Source: Marsupella aquatica (taxonomy: Eukaryota; Plantae; Marchantiophyta). From it: a DNA stretch of 64,000 bases. This document shows positions 13,526 through 27,909 of this stretch, piece by piece. Within the stretch, counting starts at the first letter, position 1. Each line of letters opens with the position of its first letter. The notes beneath the pieces were generated by a model. It had not been told where the DNA came from, ran no database searches, and worked only from the letters and a program-made list of their open reading frames with translations. The stretch lies in NCBI GenBank assembly GCA_973895155.1, contig OZ316893.1, positions 20,402,857 through 20,466,856 of the forward strand, written 5' to 3'. The translations under genes were made by a program, and so were the position numbers.

Positions 13526-16425
13526 ATGATGCTGCCTGTACAAACACCTTGCTGCGAAAGTAGGGGGCTTCGGAAAGGACCGTGGACACGAGAAGAAGAT
13601 TTGAGGTTGAAGGTGTACATTACAAAGCACGGTCATAGTTGCTGGCGAACTCTCCCAAAAGCTGCAGGTCAGTTGTTGCTACTGGTCTAGTTTACAAGTA
13701 CTCATTTCACTGAGTATGTGCGAAATGTGAATTTAACACTGTCACCATTTATGGGAGCTTCGAATGTTTTCAGATTTTGAACAGTTCTTGAAGTTATCAA
13801 AGTTTTGAATACATCTAGCAGTGCTCTGTCGCCATCTTTGTCACAGACCCACGACCATTTCAGCTGATAAATACCCATAATGGAAGTGCAATTAAAATCG
13901 AGTTCTCTGAGGCTTGGTTTGACAAGACATTCGAAGTGCATTCGACAGTGTCCTCCATGTGATACATTAGAATGCCTTACATACATACTCAGATACCTTT
14001 GGTTCAGCGTGCCAGGAATTGAACCGTGTCGTTCCTGAATCAGCCTTTAAACTTTTCCATACTCTGCTTTCACTAATTGCTTCAATTTGCTCCTTGATAT
14101 GCAGGGTTACAGCGCTGTGGAAAGAGCTGTCGGTTACGATGGATCAATTACTTGAGGCCTGATCTCAAACGAGGAAACTTTCTGGATGCGGAAGAACAAC
14201 TCATCATAACTCTACAGTCCCTCCTTGGCAACAGGTCAGTTGCATGTACAATCAGAACTGCGAATTTTGGAACTATTTCAATAGTCATCGTACAGTAGAA
14301 CAGCTATTACTAGCTTGTGGTGGCTGAATGAAGTCATTTGAGTCCCTAGTATATCAAGGATCATGATACGCTCTTAGAGATTGGCTTCATTTTAGCTGAA
14401 ACCTTCCTTATTCTAGAAATGATAGTCGACAGAGGTTTCATACTTTATGGCAGCCACAATATTCCAGATTCAAGTTGAGTTAGTTCTTGAGGTTTAAGGG
14501 AAATGAAATCTGCACGAATATACCTAGCAACTCTGACGAAAGGTCCGAAAACCATCGCGGGCTCAATACTTAGTTCAAATATGGAATCAGTCGTGATCAT
14601 CCGTTCGGACTATTCCCTCGACGACGTTTCGTTGAGTGAAGTGGTCAAGGCTGGCTTATTCAATCTGTGAATCATGCATAGCGAATGTAGCCAATGCTAA
14701 AACGTTCAGCTCAGTCGCTAGCCCATGATCCAACTTAGATGATGTAGAAACCTACTCTGTCTGCATGCCATTGCAGGGTGCTGTCTGTCCGTCAGGCCAT
14801 AGGCAGAGGCAATACCTTCTGTCAAAGCTGTCCTCTGCTCAATGTTGGAAACGCTCGATGTGAAACCGTTCACTTTGTAAAGCGCCAGAGGGCAGAGGAG
14901 CATCGGCTAAGCTAGACTTTGAAGGCAGTGCGCTCATCCTAGGTTAGACTATGTCAAACTTAATTACGAGTAACTACAAAACAAGCTCCAAAATCTTTGG
15001 AAATCGTGTCACTTTTTGAGCTAGCTCTAGCTCAAGGCCAGTTTTCTATTCTGTAAGAGATGCGTGCATACCTGTCGTCACTTCTCAAGAATATCGTGTG
15101 GTGCACGATGGCTGCTTGACAAAAGCATTCTGACATGCTATCTTGCTCAATGCATGTGTAACACGAGTCCTCGGTTGAAATGAAGCTGATACTTGTGTTC
15201 TTGCAGATGGTCGTTGATTGCAGGGCGTCTTCCCGGACGCACGGACAATGAAATAAAGAATCATTGGAATACGCACTTGAAGAAGAAGCTGAAGGATATG
15301 GGCATCGATCCATCCAAGCGCCGGTCCGTGATACCATTGCATTCAGCCGGTCGGAAGAAGCTAGCAAATTCCACAGCAACGTCAACGGCAATCACGACAC
15401 CGGGATTGAACAAGACCGTGCACAAACTCAAAGCGCAGAGGCCCCAACTGTCCCATCTAGTAGATGAGACCATTCGAGCGGTCGGACTGGATTCTGATCG
15501 CCAAAGCCAGAGAAATTCCGAGGTCCAGGAAAGTGCACGGGGCAATTTCGTCAAGGCTGATGGTGAGAAGATTGTTCCTTTTGTTAGTAAAGAAGAACGT
15601 GCAGAACATGTCTCCCTTGCCGTAAAGGTGATGGCTGAAAGGTCATGGAACCTCCCTGTTCAATCAATTGCGAACGATATCAGAGCTCAGGTAATTGACT
15701 ATGGTCAAGATGAAGCCAATTTGGAGCCGCAATGGCTCTGCTCATCACCTAGCTATACAGAGCCATTAGATCTAGATGCTGCAAATGCGATGGAAACCCA
15801 GTGTACTGACGATGAGGAGAGCCATGAAAAGTTCTTAGCATCAGTACGAAATGCAAGGATGGATGAATCCTTTGATTTGTTTGAGGAAACTCGGCAATCA
15901 GAGTACTCTCCGACGTCGACCTTGACTCACATTTCTGAGAATAATTGGAACTCATCTGAGTACTCTCCAACTTCCACAGTAATGTTGCCCTCAACTACTA
16001 GTGTTGCCTCTGATAAAGTGGCTCCATGCGGGGCGACATATCCTTACGAGCTGTCAGTGTATGACAGCACTCGAGAACAGGACCACGTGGTCGATCAGGA
16101 ATTCTACTCTTTTGTAAATTTTGTGCAAAAACCTCCCTCACGCCTTGCGGGTGCACCATATGATGGAAGTGACGACTCGTCAGCAGGCCGGTCACCGAGT
16201 TCATCAGAGGAGGATGAGCAAGCAATCCATTCAGGTTCTGGTTTACAATGGATGATGGCTGCGCCGTGCAGCTTTGACACTGACTCAGGTGCCGATGTCC
16301 CTAGTGGAAGCAAGTGGAGTGCAACCATGGATGTCGTTAATTGTCCAGATACTCCGACCGCCATAAATGATGACGTTGTTTCAGCCTACCAAGAGGCTCT
16401 ATGGAGTCTTTTGGAGAGTTCTTGA
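13526..16425 (+). CDS. R2R3-MYB transcription factor, 3 exons: 13526-13667, 14105-14234, 15207-16425 (496 aa)
   Basis: Spliced product [28 protein letters not shown]...WRTLPKAAG|[25 protein letters not shown]...LLGNR|[28 protein letters not shown]...MGIDP. GT-AG introns at the canonical plant R2R3-MYB positions, canonical 130-bp exon 2, total 1491 nt in frame. Confidence 0.95.
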
Positions 16426-17864
16426 GCAGCTTACGTACGGTATGTTGGGCGGCTTGATGTGGAGAAGCTCAAAGGCTCCTAACGACTTTCCAGAACCCTT
16501 TCTCATTGACTGGGTTCGATTCATTTTCTGCGTTTCAGCCTTTCGTTTGAGGAGATTCATGTCTAATTGGTAGTGGAAAAATGCAGGGTAGGATAGGTTG
16601 TCTCACCAAACCTGTGAATGGGATGGGATTGGCGGTCTAGGTAAACCTTCACTTACATCTAATATATTGCTCAATATCAATTGAATCTAGATATTCCTGC
16701 CATGCGACAACCACCGATTAGTTTGTTGGAACTTTTAGGGACGCCGCTAGAGATATGGCTCAGCTCAGAATTTGTTCATGATAGGTAGAAATGTGGCTGG
16801 GAAGAAAATGAGTATTCCAACTGCCTCGTCCCAATTATTCATGGGCGCAATACTTTGAAACTTAGCGTAGTTGAGTGGAACAGATCCATCATGTCCCCAA
16901 TCATACCCTTATGTTGGACCTGTTATGAAGGGTAGGGGTACGTTCGATCGAGATTCGATGTTTCGTAACTGAGGGAAAAGAGGTGTAGAATATTGCCACC
17001 AAGGCATGTACAGAAGTAGATTAGATTAGGTACACAGATGATCATGTACCGACGGTGAGAGTGAGTACATATGAAGAAGATGGATCTGTATCAACACAAG
17101 TTGGGCTACTAATCAAACTTGCAAGTTTGAATCGATACTGAAACAAGCGTACAGTGAATGCATTTGGTTTGTGGCATGATTGATACGGATTTAGCACGAA
17201 CGACGACTCCAGGTTCTGAACCGCGTTCACCTTGACAAGCGTTGACAAGCGTAGCGTTCACCTTGAATATTTTGAAGAAGAACAGGTTGGATGGAACCAA
17301 GGATGGCACAGCTTGGATGGATCAGACTTAGATCAACGTAAAAGTAATACCCCCCAGTTTTGTTTTTTTGCTCCCCCAACACTTTGTTTGCCCAATGACT
17401 TATAGAATAGTACCATATAGTCACATATTCATGGATGCTAATGCTAAAGGGGGGGAGAAGACGAGAGAGTCCATGTGCAAGGTTGAAGATTCGTAGTACA
17501 GTGGCAAGTCACAGGATGGGGGCGTGGCACAGCATTGCCATAATGATTGGTGCGATGACTTGTAGAGGCTAGTGAACCCTGTGAAAACTTTACCACAATT
17601 TGTTTATGGCCAAAAGCCATCAATCATATGAAACTGAAGTTCGCGACGCACTATTGCAATTACAATTATTACACGTACAATTTGGGGCCGCAAAGCTTAC
17701 TACCGTAGCTTAGGCCACAGACCAGTGGGAGATCCTGGGGAGTTAATGTAACCCACGTACAAGTGAGTTGGGTGCATGGTTGAGAACTAAAATAGTCTTG
17801 GGGCAGGTTCATAATTGAGTGATTTGAGATGAAAGTCCAAGCCTAGAGAGGCATGGCTGTGTGT

Positions 17865-18042
17865 TAGTTGACTTGGGTTGGGTTGAGACTCAAAGGTCTA
17901 GAGTTTACTTGGGTTGGGTTGACAGTGTCTAGAGTTCACATGTTATGATTGTGGTGTGACAGTGTCTAGAGTTCACATGTTATGATTGTGGTAGTTCAAT
18001 TTGAGTTGAGACTCATAGGTCTAGAGCTCACATGTTATGAAT
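17865..18042. repeat. Tandem repeats around GTCTAGAGTTCACATGTTATGA
   Basis: 37-bp unit GACAGTGTCTAGAGTTCACATGTTATGATTGTGGT(GT) duplicated, plus partial GTTGAGACTCA.AGGTCTAGAG copies. Confidence 0.7.
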
Positions 18043-21000
18043 GACGGTTCCCTTTGGATTTCACATGTTTACTCTAAAAATAATTTTAAAATAATTTTAA
18101 AAATACATAATATAACAAGGTACCTACTGTAGATGTACATCTCAAAAGGTCCCTAGTACATTTACACGGTACGTAGTATCTCGTTGGTAAAGTACCGAAC
18201 GCCCTTGACAGCTCAGCAGTTCTCCTCGGGAAATAGTGGGCGCTCATTCTTGGTCTCGAGACTTCCGCGAGTACTTTCGTGGAAGGAGTTCATTGAGTAG
18301 GAGTGGACTGGAGGCTGCCATCGGAAAGCTCGTCCCATGCAAAAAGCACTCCGACAACTCGAATCATTGACTGATCTGACCAGCAATTTCGAATCAGTTC
18401 GCCATTTCACTAGAGCTGAGCCCAATCCACAATTATTCCATGCCCTTTAGAATGGGCACGTTCCTAACAATCGAATCCTAGGGGAGTGGGGGCCCTTTAT
18501 AATTACGTTGAAATGAGACAAAATAGCTACGACATGGTCGTCCACAGTTGGTGATTGAGAGCCCATGCCCCAGCGCTAGCCTGTCAACTCCTAGGATTTT
18601 ATTACCCATTGATTGATACGCTCTGTAGGACCTTGCGCCGAGATACATTCCCCGCATGTTCCACTGGCCGAAGGTAGTCCACACTTCGCACCAATCCTTC
18701 GTGTCTGACCCGGCTGGTCTAGTCTCACTACAGTAGACCCAGTATCTTCGACTGTATCTTTAAAGTTGTCATAATTCATTTGAAGACCTGGACCAAGTCC
18801 TTTCGCGTCGACTTTTGACAGAAAGCAGCAGGCTTAACAATTCCGCGAAGGTGCTGGACGCAAGAGTCAGGGAAAGGGTCTCGTCGGGGATAAGTTCGCT
18901 CTAAATAGTTCTATGCTTCCATATGTACATTCGACTTCGAACAGGGTTCCTGGCTTCCTGGCTTCCTGACTTTGAAGTTTGAGACCTTTCTCGAATTGCC
19001 TAAAAGTTTCTGGAATCGATTTCTCCAGAAGTAGCGGGTACGTAAGCTCGATCTTACACTGGACCAAGACCTTAGTTGCACGAACTTTACTCGATAAAAC
19101 TGGTAAAGCTAAATCTACTAACATATATTTCATTGGACCACTGACCGAAACAACGTGCATTATTAATTAGTTAGAGATTTACATCCCGTATAGTGACACC
19201 GTCTCCTGGCGAAATATCATTATATCTCCGAACAAAATCAAATCCGAAAAAGAATCTACAAGACTTGTCCAAAAAATAGCTCTTCACCAAACGAATATTT
19301 TACACCGCGCGTGCTCGACAAGTAATTGATGTGAGCTAGAGATTTGCTCCAAAGGTTCAGCTAATTCAGCCGCCGCTTGTGCCATAACATGTTCAACAAA
19401 TGGTCATCACAGGTCGGTACCAGCCAAAGTTCCATAGATTCATCCCTTCATTTTGATCGAATGCCAACTGAATGACGTATTTTTGTGCTCGAATTATCGG
19501 CTACCGAGTTACTTCGATAAGGATTAACAGGCATGTCTTGGTTGCAAAAACACGCTGCCCAATCACTTTCAGAAATTCATCGTTCTTGAAATTAAGAAGC
19601 TTCAACAAAACTTACTCGATGTTAAAGGTACGTAGAAAATACACCCTGCTGTGACGTCAAGGCACTACTTTGTGCAGAAGCGATCACGAGCAGACAAAAC
19701 TTATGAGAGAGTATATATTTCATGGCACATGGAGATCGGATGTCTACTTCGTGCATCGATTTCCCGCCTTGGTTGAAGAATCCCTTCACTAACGTTTGTC
19801 TGAATATATCGGTCCAAGATGGTGGTGTTTAATTCACATGTGCACTACAAAGCGCTCCAAACAGTTTCAAAATATCGTGCTGGATTGAAGTGTTATTGAG
19901 AATTCACGGTGGCCCTGAATTAGGGTTTACTATTTTCTTGGGTTTCAGAACTAACCTTGCCCCAACTTTGCTCTAGTTAAACGATGATGGCGACCAATTT
20001 GGGTACCTGCTATTTAATTTTACTCATTAGTATCCTTTAGCAGAGACTCCAGGCACGTCTAATTAATGTTTTGAGTCTGTACTTAATCTCTTTATATTTT
20101 AGATGGGTGCAGCAAGTACTCTTCTTCGAGACTCCTATTGTCATTGAGAGAATTTTGTTATTCTGCTTGTGGAATATCCTCTCCTGGATTCATTTCCCCT
20201 TGTACAGATCAAAACCTCTGTAAATGCGGCAATCTAAGCTTGAGATCGAAATCTTACTCAAGAACTAGATGTCCAAAATGGTGGAAATTAGAGCTCACTC
20301 TCAGCTTACTTTCCAGCTTACTTTTCCTTGTCTTTAATTGTTTCGTTCCCTCCAAAAATGAGGGTCTCGCTGTCTGACTTTACTTACAGTCATGCAATCA
20401 CAAGTTTTCACTGTGAGTCTGTCACTGCTTACGTTAACGAGTGTAGAAGGATGTTCCAGTGGGCCATATTATATATGTAGCAGGAAACTGTCAGGGCAGA
20501 GGATATATATTAGACTGGTTCTGAACGAAGTGCGCCTATCCTACTGGCGCTTATGGACTCGGGTTTAGATATCCTTGATTCACGATGCCTTGGTTAGGGC
20601 ACTGGGTAAATCTTTCCGATCGTCATAATGATGATCAAGGATATTGAAAGGATATATCTGCTGTATATATATATATATGAATCTTAATCCCTGTGTTGAT
20701 AATCATAATCACGATGATTGTAATTTAATTATGATCATCTTGATCATTCTTCTACAATTTCTATGACCATTACTATTCCGGCAAAGAACAAAGAGTGCCA
20801 AATGGGGAGACGGGATCCTACAGGCGGGAGACCCGCGAGACCAAATAACGAATAAAGGGGACAAAACAAGGAAAATACCAGGACGACCAAAGAGCCAAAA
20901 AGACCTACTGTTGAGGCTTCACAGTGGCCAAGGAAGTAAAGACATACAAAACACTAAGATGAAAAGAGAGCCAGGTCAACTCCCGAGTACGTAGCATAGG

Positions 21001-21802
21001 AGGGTCACAAAAGTACTCAAACCCATTAATAGTGTATTACATGATTATTACACGGGGTCAAATACCATCTCCGCCAGTTACTGCTCATCTCATGGAACGC
21101 GCAGGGGCGATAACTTCTTGAATTTGACCCTCCTGTAAAGTCCGTATCAGAGATCGTAGTCATAATCACCACAACAGCCGTCATACGTGCTCCGCAAGGA
21201 ACAAAAACTCAAGAATCTCAACCTTAAATATTTTAATTATGAAATTAAGTACCCAAATGTGACACGGTTCGAGAACTTTGGGACGTTGACGATTTTATGA
21301 CACCAAAGTAGTAGTCGTATTCGAATGAAATGGTGAAATTGATTTCCGTTGTCGAGGTCTACGTCGCCAGTTCGAGTCATTGTAGAATATTTCTAGAAAG
21401 GTGTTTTTCTCATGCCTGTTATGCTTGACGTGAACATTCTTGCTATCGATCAGGAATGTCCAGCAGTGAAGCTCGGTACATACTCCCTCTAAGCTAACAC
21501 TCTCGGAGCTAGGCTAGGGGTGGAATTGTACTTAGTTTGGTGCAGTAGCGCAGGCGACTTCTTTCATCCAGCGCAATAATTTCCTTTGCACTCTGACTAT
21601 GTAGGAAAAAGGTCGATATGCCTGGAGATGAATCACCTTCAACATCCAAAAGTGAGCAGCAATGATATCTTGGACCCCCACTTTGCACAAGTGAAGTGGC
21701 CTTAGAAACCTATACCCAGTCTCCTACAACTGTAGTACTCCCTATTTAATGTGACTGTTGACAATCATTTCGCTTCGTGACTCAAAGCAAAGTGTCCTGC
21801 GC

Positions 21803-21886
21803 TTCTAAGTGTGAAGTATGATTGTAACAGTTCTAAGTGTGCAGTATGATTGTAACAGTTATAAGTGTGCAGTATGATTGTAACAC
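21803..21886. repeat. 28-bp tandem repeat x3
   Basis: TTCTAAGTGTG(A/C)AGTATGATTGTAACAG repeated three times. Confidence 0.85.
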
Positions 21887-24800
21887 AATGCTGTGTCCAC
21901 TTCCCGTATATCACGGCTTGATTTCTGCATGTCTATATTGATGATTTGTTTGGACGTGCTTTGTACATTATTTGCTTTACCGTCAATCTTTAGGTCACTG
22001 TATTCTACCGTTTGATGTATCAGTATCCATCCGTATCTCTGGCGTGTATTTATGTGGGGCCCGCCTCCCCTTCTCATTCATTCAAGAGTTCACTAAAATA
22101 GTTCTCTTTAGTGACCTTAATTTTGGCGCGGGCAATGACTCAGCTAGCCAAACTATTTCCGGACTTATAGATGTAAGATGTTTGGGGAGAGCCTGTCCGA
22201 CATTGATCAACTATACAATTTAAGTACGAAGAGAAGAGCCTGGGCTGAGCTGTGTAACAATTTTCAAGTTTACTTTTCAAAGTCGCAAACACGGGCTCGA
22301 ATTTTCAATTGTGTTGGGAGCAACAATTAATAGATGAGGCAGTCATCTTATTTGTGGAGTTATACAATTTATGTCGAATTCATATGTAAATTTTATTTTG
22401 TATTTTGTGCATTAACTCGTTTTTTCGGTTGAAATCAAGTTACTGATTAGTACAAAGCAATTATAGTCGAGGCATATTCTGCAGATTGAAGATACATAGC
22501 TCAAACAGTATCTTACCACTTCATAAAAATACCCTGGAAGTGATCCCTTATCACATCAAAATGTGATAATATGCAGTGTGCACTCACTAATATAAAGAAA
22601 ATAATGTCATATTTTATGTGCATTTACCGGGACCGAAGTGACCATTACGCATCCCGCGACCCACGTGATAGGGAGCTTGAATGTGTGAGTCACCTGTTTC
22701 ATGTACGTAGACAAACACCGAAAGCTTTCTCATTGCTATACAAACACCGAACGCTTTCTCATTGCTATACGTCGAATATCTCTCGCATATAGATAACCGA
22801 GCTAGCTTAATTCTTTCCGTACGTGACTGCCTATCAATGAAATTAATAACGACCACAGGTTTGTCTTGAAGCTGGGTTCCACTGCAAATTGACCTGGCTT
22901 TGATTCCACGGCTAAGGCCTGCATTTTGAAGGATATTGAGACCACTACAGCTGTATAGTACGTGAGACTAATTTCTAGTTCATGTTCTTCATCTGGATAA
23001 TTTCCACCAAGGGGAAGGGTTCACGCCTCCAATCTAATCAGACGGGACCACAACCACTTTAGACCGGTGCAATGAAACTTTTTTCCATACCACATTCTGT
23101 CCTAATGGTGACTTAAGTCACCCAAAGAATTCTTTTTCATTTCCTGGAAATGGGACCTCCATGCCCACCTAGGGCTAGCTACTCTACCTACTGTACATTT
23201 GAAGTGTTCTGAACTGAATGATTTCGTCAATGCATGTGGAGCCTTCGACACCCTCGGCAGCACAGGATTCCCCTCCTTCCGACAAATGCCTCTTAATTAC
23301 CGAACCCCCACCGTCACCTGATCCTGGTAGGAGTTTGACTTTTCCAATACGGTAATATGGTTTGCACCTGTTCACTCGAATGACGATATTGGTCTGTTTG
23401 AAACTCTGATGAAACTGCACACAAGGTTACATACAGCAGTAAATGGCTGGAGACTTCAAGGTGGTGATGATGTGTTGGTTGCCCGTGCAGCTTGTCTGTC
23501 GTAAGAAGTCCATATGATTCCCTAACGTGGGCTACGAAGTAGGTGAGAGCCTCCTTTGTGCTTTGTATGGATCTGAGCCCACGTTAAGAGCACACTCAGG
23601 TATTTAATACTGCTTGTGTTCTTCCGCTTGATGAATGCTATGTGTGGACATTTTTACCTCATTGCAATTATCTGAAAACCAGTGTTGTGCAATTATGACG
23701 CATAAACAAACATATGATACGCAGACTTCTGAATGAATCTGACCTGAATATGCACTAGTCAATAGTCTGGGGATTACGAATGCATCGATATATTAGGTAC
23801 ACGAGCATAGAGTAATACACGTGGATGAAATTGAGATTCTTTGAGGCATTGTAGAGGTCGTGTGATTTGCTCAAACACTGGTAAACAGCTTAAATTACGA
23901 AACATTATCCGTACGCACACGCTCTTGATATCAAAACGATACATGTGGTCACTGCATCGTTTGCGCTTTTTGGCTCTGCTCAGCTCTCTGACTTGTCTAA
24001 ATCCACAACAGAAGATCTCTGGGTGCCCCTGAAGGACTATAGTACAATGGGGGACCATGGCGCAAGGCAAGACCGATGCCTTCATGTCAAGGCGCGGTCA
24101 ATCCTCCCAATTCAAGAGACATTTAACTTATCAATCCTTGTCCTTCGCAGCTGATTGACTTACCTTAATTAGCGTAACTTCGTTGACCGGAACATTCTCT
24201 TGGAAATATGCTTCTGGGGAACAGCCAAACCATTGCAAGCCTGCGATCCCCCACTTGCCTGTAGCAAGAATTGATCATCATTATGGCAATAATCAGCCTG
24301 ATGGCAAGATTTGTCAGATAAAACACATAAGTTACACCGGAAATTAACTATGGTTCAAGCTGTCTCGGGTTTTACTGGTATGTGCCTGGAGTAGTAATGC
24401 CAACCATCCAACCAACATCAAGAAACAACCCACTTTTAAAGAATTAAAGGACTTCCGATGTCACTAGGAACGTTCCTCAAGTCCCTTCCATACTTCTCTC
24501 AAAAGATTTCACAATTCAAGTTGGGTTAAGTTGGGTTACAGCTTAAATGTCGAATCGTCCCAATGCTGGAGTACAAACTAAGGAAATAATCGTGAGCTTT
24601 GCTAGGATACTGAACAGCAGGCTAGAACAGAGAAAGCTTCCCATTTAAACAAGAAAAAAGAAACGAAAATAAACACGAACAGATAAATCTGGCCAACCGG
24701 CATATTAAATTTGCTAAAAGGGGAAGTACTATCTCGATCATTACTATATGCTTTCATTTCACTTCCAAATCAGATTTCACTTCCAATAATTCATTTCACT

Positions 24801-25947
24801 TCCAAATCAGATTTCGTTTCTGGCTAGACTTGAGGGAAAATCGTGAAAATTGGAGCAGCCAATGCTGTACCCAAAGCGGGCGCCTTAAATAAACATACTC
24901 TTCCATGCTCTCTCCTCTTCCCGCTTCTCTGAAATCAATCCATATTGAAACTGCCCGGAGAACTACCTCGAAACTGCAGAAAACGAAGTATCTGTACCAC
25001 AGGGACTCTACCTTCGAATCATGACGTTGTGCGCTATCTATTTCATGCAAACCCAACTGAAGATCCCTCGAATGGAATCAACGCCCTCTACATGCATGCA
25101 TTCAGTACATCTACAGTTGAGGAAGACAGTTTAGATTGGCAGCCTTTTTATCTTTAAGTAGGCTTTCCTTGCTGCAAGAAAAGAAAGGAAAAAGGTTACA
25201 TTGCTACATAGGGGTGCTCCGTGGAATGGTTTCCTTCCCAGCACACTTTGGCAAAAAATCCCTCATTCAAGAAATCTGCAAGCTTTGGACTGTAGACGGA
25301 TAGGGGGAAAAAGGAGAAAAATGGGACCCATACACTATCAAAGGCCAACCGTTACGCTCGCCGTTAAGTAAAAGCTCCAAGGTAAGAGTTCACTTTAAGA
25401 GTGAACGCGCATTATTTACGACCTATCTATGACAGTTAGCAATTGTCCTAGCTGTAGGAAAATTCGTCAGGAAATTCACAATGATTGTTCCAAAGAGAGA
25501 CTTCGATCGTAACCTATCGCTTTACCTTTACGATGATATGACCTCAACAATTGAATTTCTCCACAGGATTTAACTACTCACGATAGTCCGCCGACTGTAC
25601 GATAGGTGGAAATCACAGCAGATCGTTGACTTGTCAGTCACCGCCCCGGTTCTCAACGCTTTCAAACTTCCTCACTGGATGCTGAGTCTTCAATCAGTCC
25701 AGTGTCGAAGTTCGGGACGTCGAGTTTCCGCACACCGCTTCGCCAGCAGCTTCCGGAACTGCAAATGTGTGCCGAATGTACAGGTTACATCTTTTGGCAA
25801 AACGGATGGACGGTAAATAGAGTGGACATACGATCCTCGTTGTTCAGACCCTCGTACTCCCCTAAGGAGGACTTTACAAAGACGTGGGGGCACTTGAGAA
25901 TTTTTTTCACCAAAGCAATTGCACACACGCCATTAGACACACCTAAA

Positions 25948-26152
25948 GACTTTCGTGACTTTTTTCTTTGTATATTTGACTGCATTAATTCTCCGACTTT
26001 TGTGACTTTTCTTTTTCTATATTTGAGTGCATTAATTCTCTATACTTTTGTGACTTTTCTTTTTCTATATTTGAGTGCATTAATTCTCCATAATGCACCT
26101 CTTTTCTTTTCTCTTTGTATATTTGAGTGCATTAAATCTCCATAATGCACCC
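25948..26152. repeat. ~43-55-bp tandem repeat x4
   Basis: Repeated TTTCTTT..TATATTTGAGTGCATTAATTCTC. Accounts for the repeated peptide in ORF 25702..26145. Confidence 0.8.
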
Positions 26153-27234
26153 CTGTTTTTTGAGAGGGGATATATTATACACAACATCATAAATATAGTA
26201 AAAGTAAAATTTAAATATAGTTTTACCATAAAAAATTTAATTAAATCTAATCAAGATCTCAAGATGATAACCAAATCTTATATGGTGATACTAACAAAAT
26301 ATCTATGAATAGAATCTATTTAATATAACTAAAGAACCGTACATTTTTGGTCAATTCCATAGCAACCACTTCTTGGATGACTCTTTAATTTGAATTTTCT
26401 ATTTCAGGAATTCACTTTTTCTTGTTTGTTACCAAAAGTCACTCAAGTTTTTACTTACATTAATGTCCTAGTTACGGGCATTATGAAAAGAATGCCCTCT
26501 AACCAGGACATTATCCTATTCCTAATCTTAGGCTAAAGTCTTTCTAGAAGTGAGGAGGGCCATTGAACACACCTAATCTTTGGCTAAAATCTTTCTAGAA
26601 GTGAGAAGAAAAGATCTTGTGAAGAACTTGTGGGTCACTTTTTAATACAAATTACTTAAAATAGAAATGGACAAACTGGACAGAAGAAGAGACCACCAAG
26701 AGAGGTGATCTAAAGTCTAGGACAAAATAGTGCTCCACATACTTAAGCAAATATTGGGCCCCACTACATTCCATGTAGAATTGGTAACAGGTTCCCTTGA
26801 AAATGCCCTTGGCCAGCGTTCCAGCAAAATACTTGATGTGGCCCCTCTAGCTAAAGATATTCCTGACTAGACCCTAACTTTTCAAATATACTTAAGGGCC
26901 CCTTGTCCTTGTAACCTTCTCAGGGCCTGTAAGTCATATTATTTTATTTTTATTTTTTAATTGTACCATACTGGACAACTATCTACTATACCTCAGTCCA
27001 CCAGATGTATTGTCTAGAAGCAATTCAGTGTACTCCTGTTTGAAAATGAGTACATAACTTATGTACAATAAAAGACAGTATTTAGCCCTTTTCACTCCCA
27101 TATTCATTTGTTTCATGTATTCATGAGTCTTTGTTTGTCCTTCTGCCACTCCTCCAAATGCCTTGCAATACTGCCAAGTGAACCATTGGTCTCCCGTGAT
27201 GCTTTTCCTACCAAAAAAAATAAAAATCCTGTGT

Positions 27235-27435
27235 AGCTATTTCTTGCATCAGTGCAAGACGGAGACCAGAGGATTGTTATTCTTGCATCTAGAGTAGCTC
27301 CTGTTGAGAGTACTGATAATTGGACATGGTCTCATTGTCTACTTGAAAAAGCTATCTAGATGGGATAGAATCAAAACACATTCCTTTCATTTCTGACCGC
27401 CAGAAAGGGTTGTTAGCTGCTGTCCATGATGTATC
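27235..27435 (+). pseudogene. Mutator/MULE transposase fragment, frameshifted
   Basis: Translates LFLASVQDGDQRIVILASRVAPVESTDNWTWSHCLLEKAI-/-DGIESKHIPFISDRQKGLLAAVHDV; ES..NW.W and ISDRQKGL are MULE domain motifs. Confidence 0.8.
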
Positions 27436-27909
27436 ATAGGGTGTGACATGCAAAGTGAAATTTTTTAGTGTCACTTTGAGTAAACGAAGAGACGTGAATT
27501 GCGATATGATTTTGATAGCTAATTTTGTGGTTGTTGCATCAACATTGAGCTCAAAATTATAAGGTCATATAACTGCTTTAACATTGATTTCGTTCTCGCA
27601 TTTGTTACTGTGTGCTACCTATATGCTTATTTTTTATGAGTTCAATTAATGCCTTGAGTACTAATCTAAAGAATAAAAATCGTTGTTTAAGTGGCATTGC
27701 GTAAATTGCCTGATATACTCTACCTAGGTGCTCACATCTAATAAAAAATATCACAAAAATGACACCAAGTAAACACTCATGTCAGCGTGAATATTTCCAA
27801 AAATGATTTTGGAAAAATAGTATCAAAAGAATTGGTTAAGTCTCACGTGATTTATTTGCTAAATCATGATTTATTTTGATCATGATGAAACCCAAGAAAC
27901 CCAAGAAAA

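Noticed and set aside
17340-17460. CTCCCCC and AAAGGGGGGGAGA, resembling SIRE/copia PPT repeats
   Set aside because: No LTR or coding sequence could be attached; too degenerate.
21325-21385. GTTCGAGTC B-box-like motif suggesting a tRNA or SINE
   Set aside because: No cloverleaf and no convincing A box.
18200-25900. Many 60-100-aa ORFs and short two-copy duplications
   Set aside because: No domain motifs or consistent splice pattern; expected by chance.
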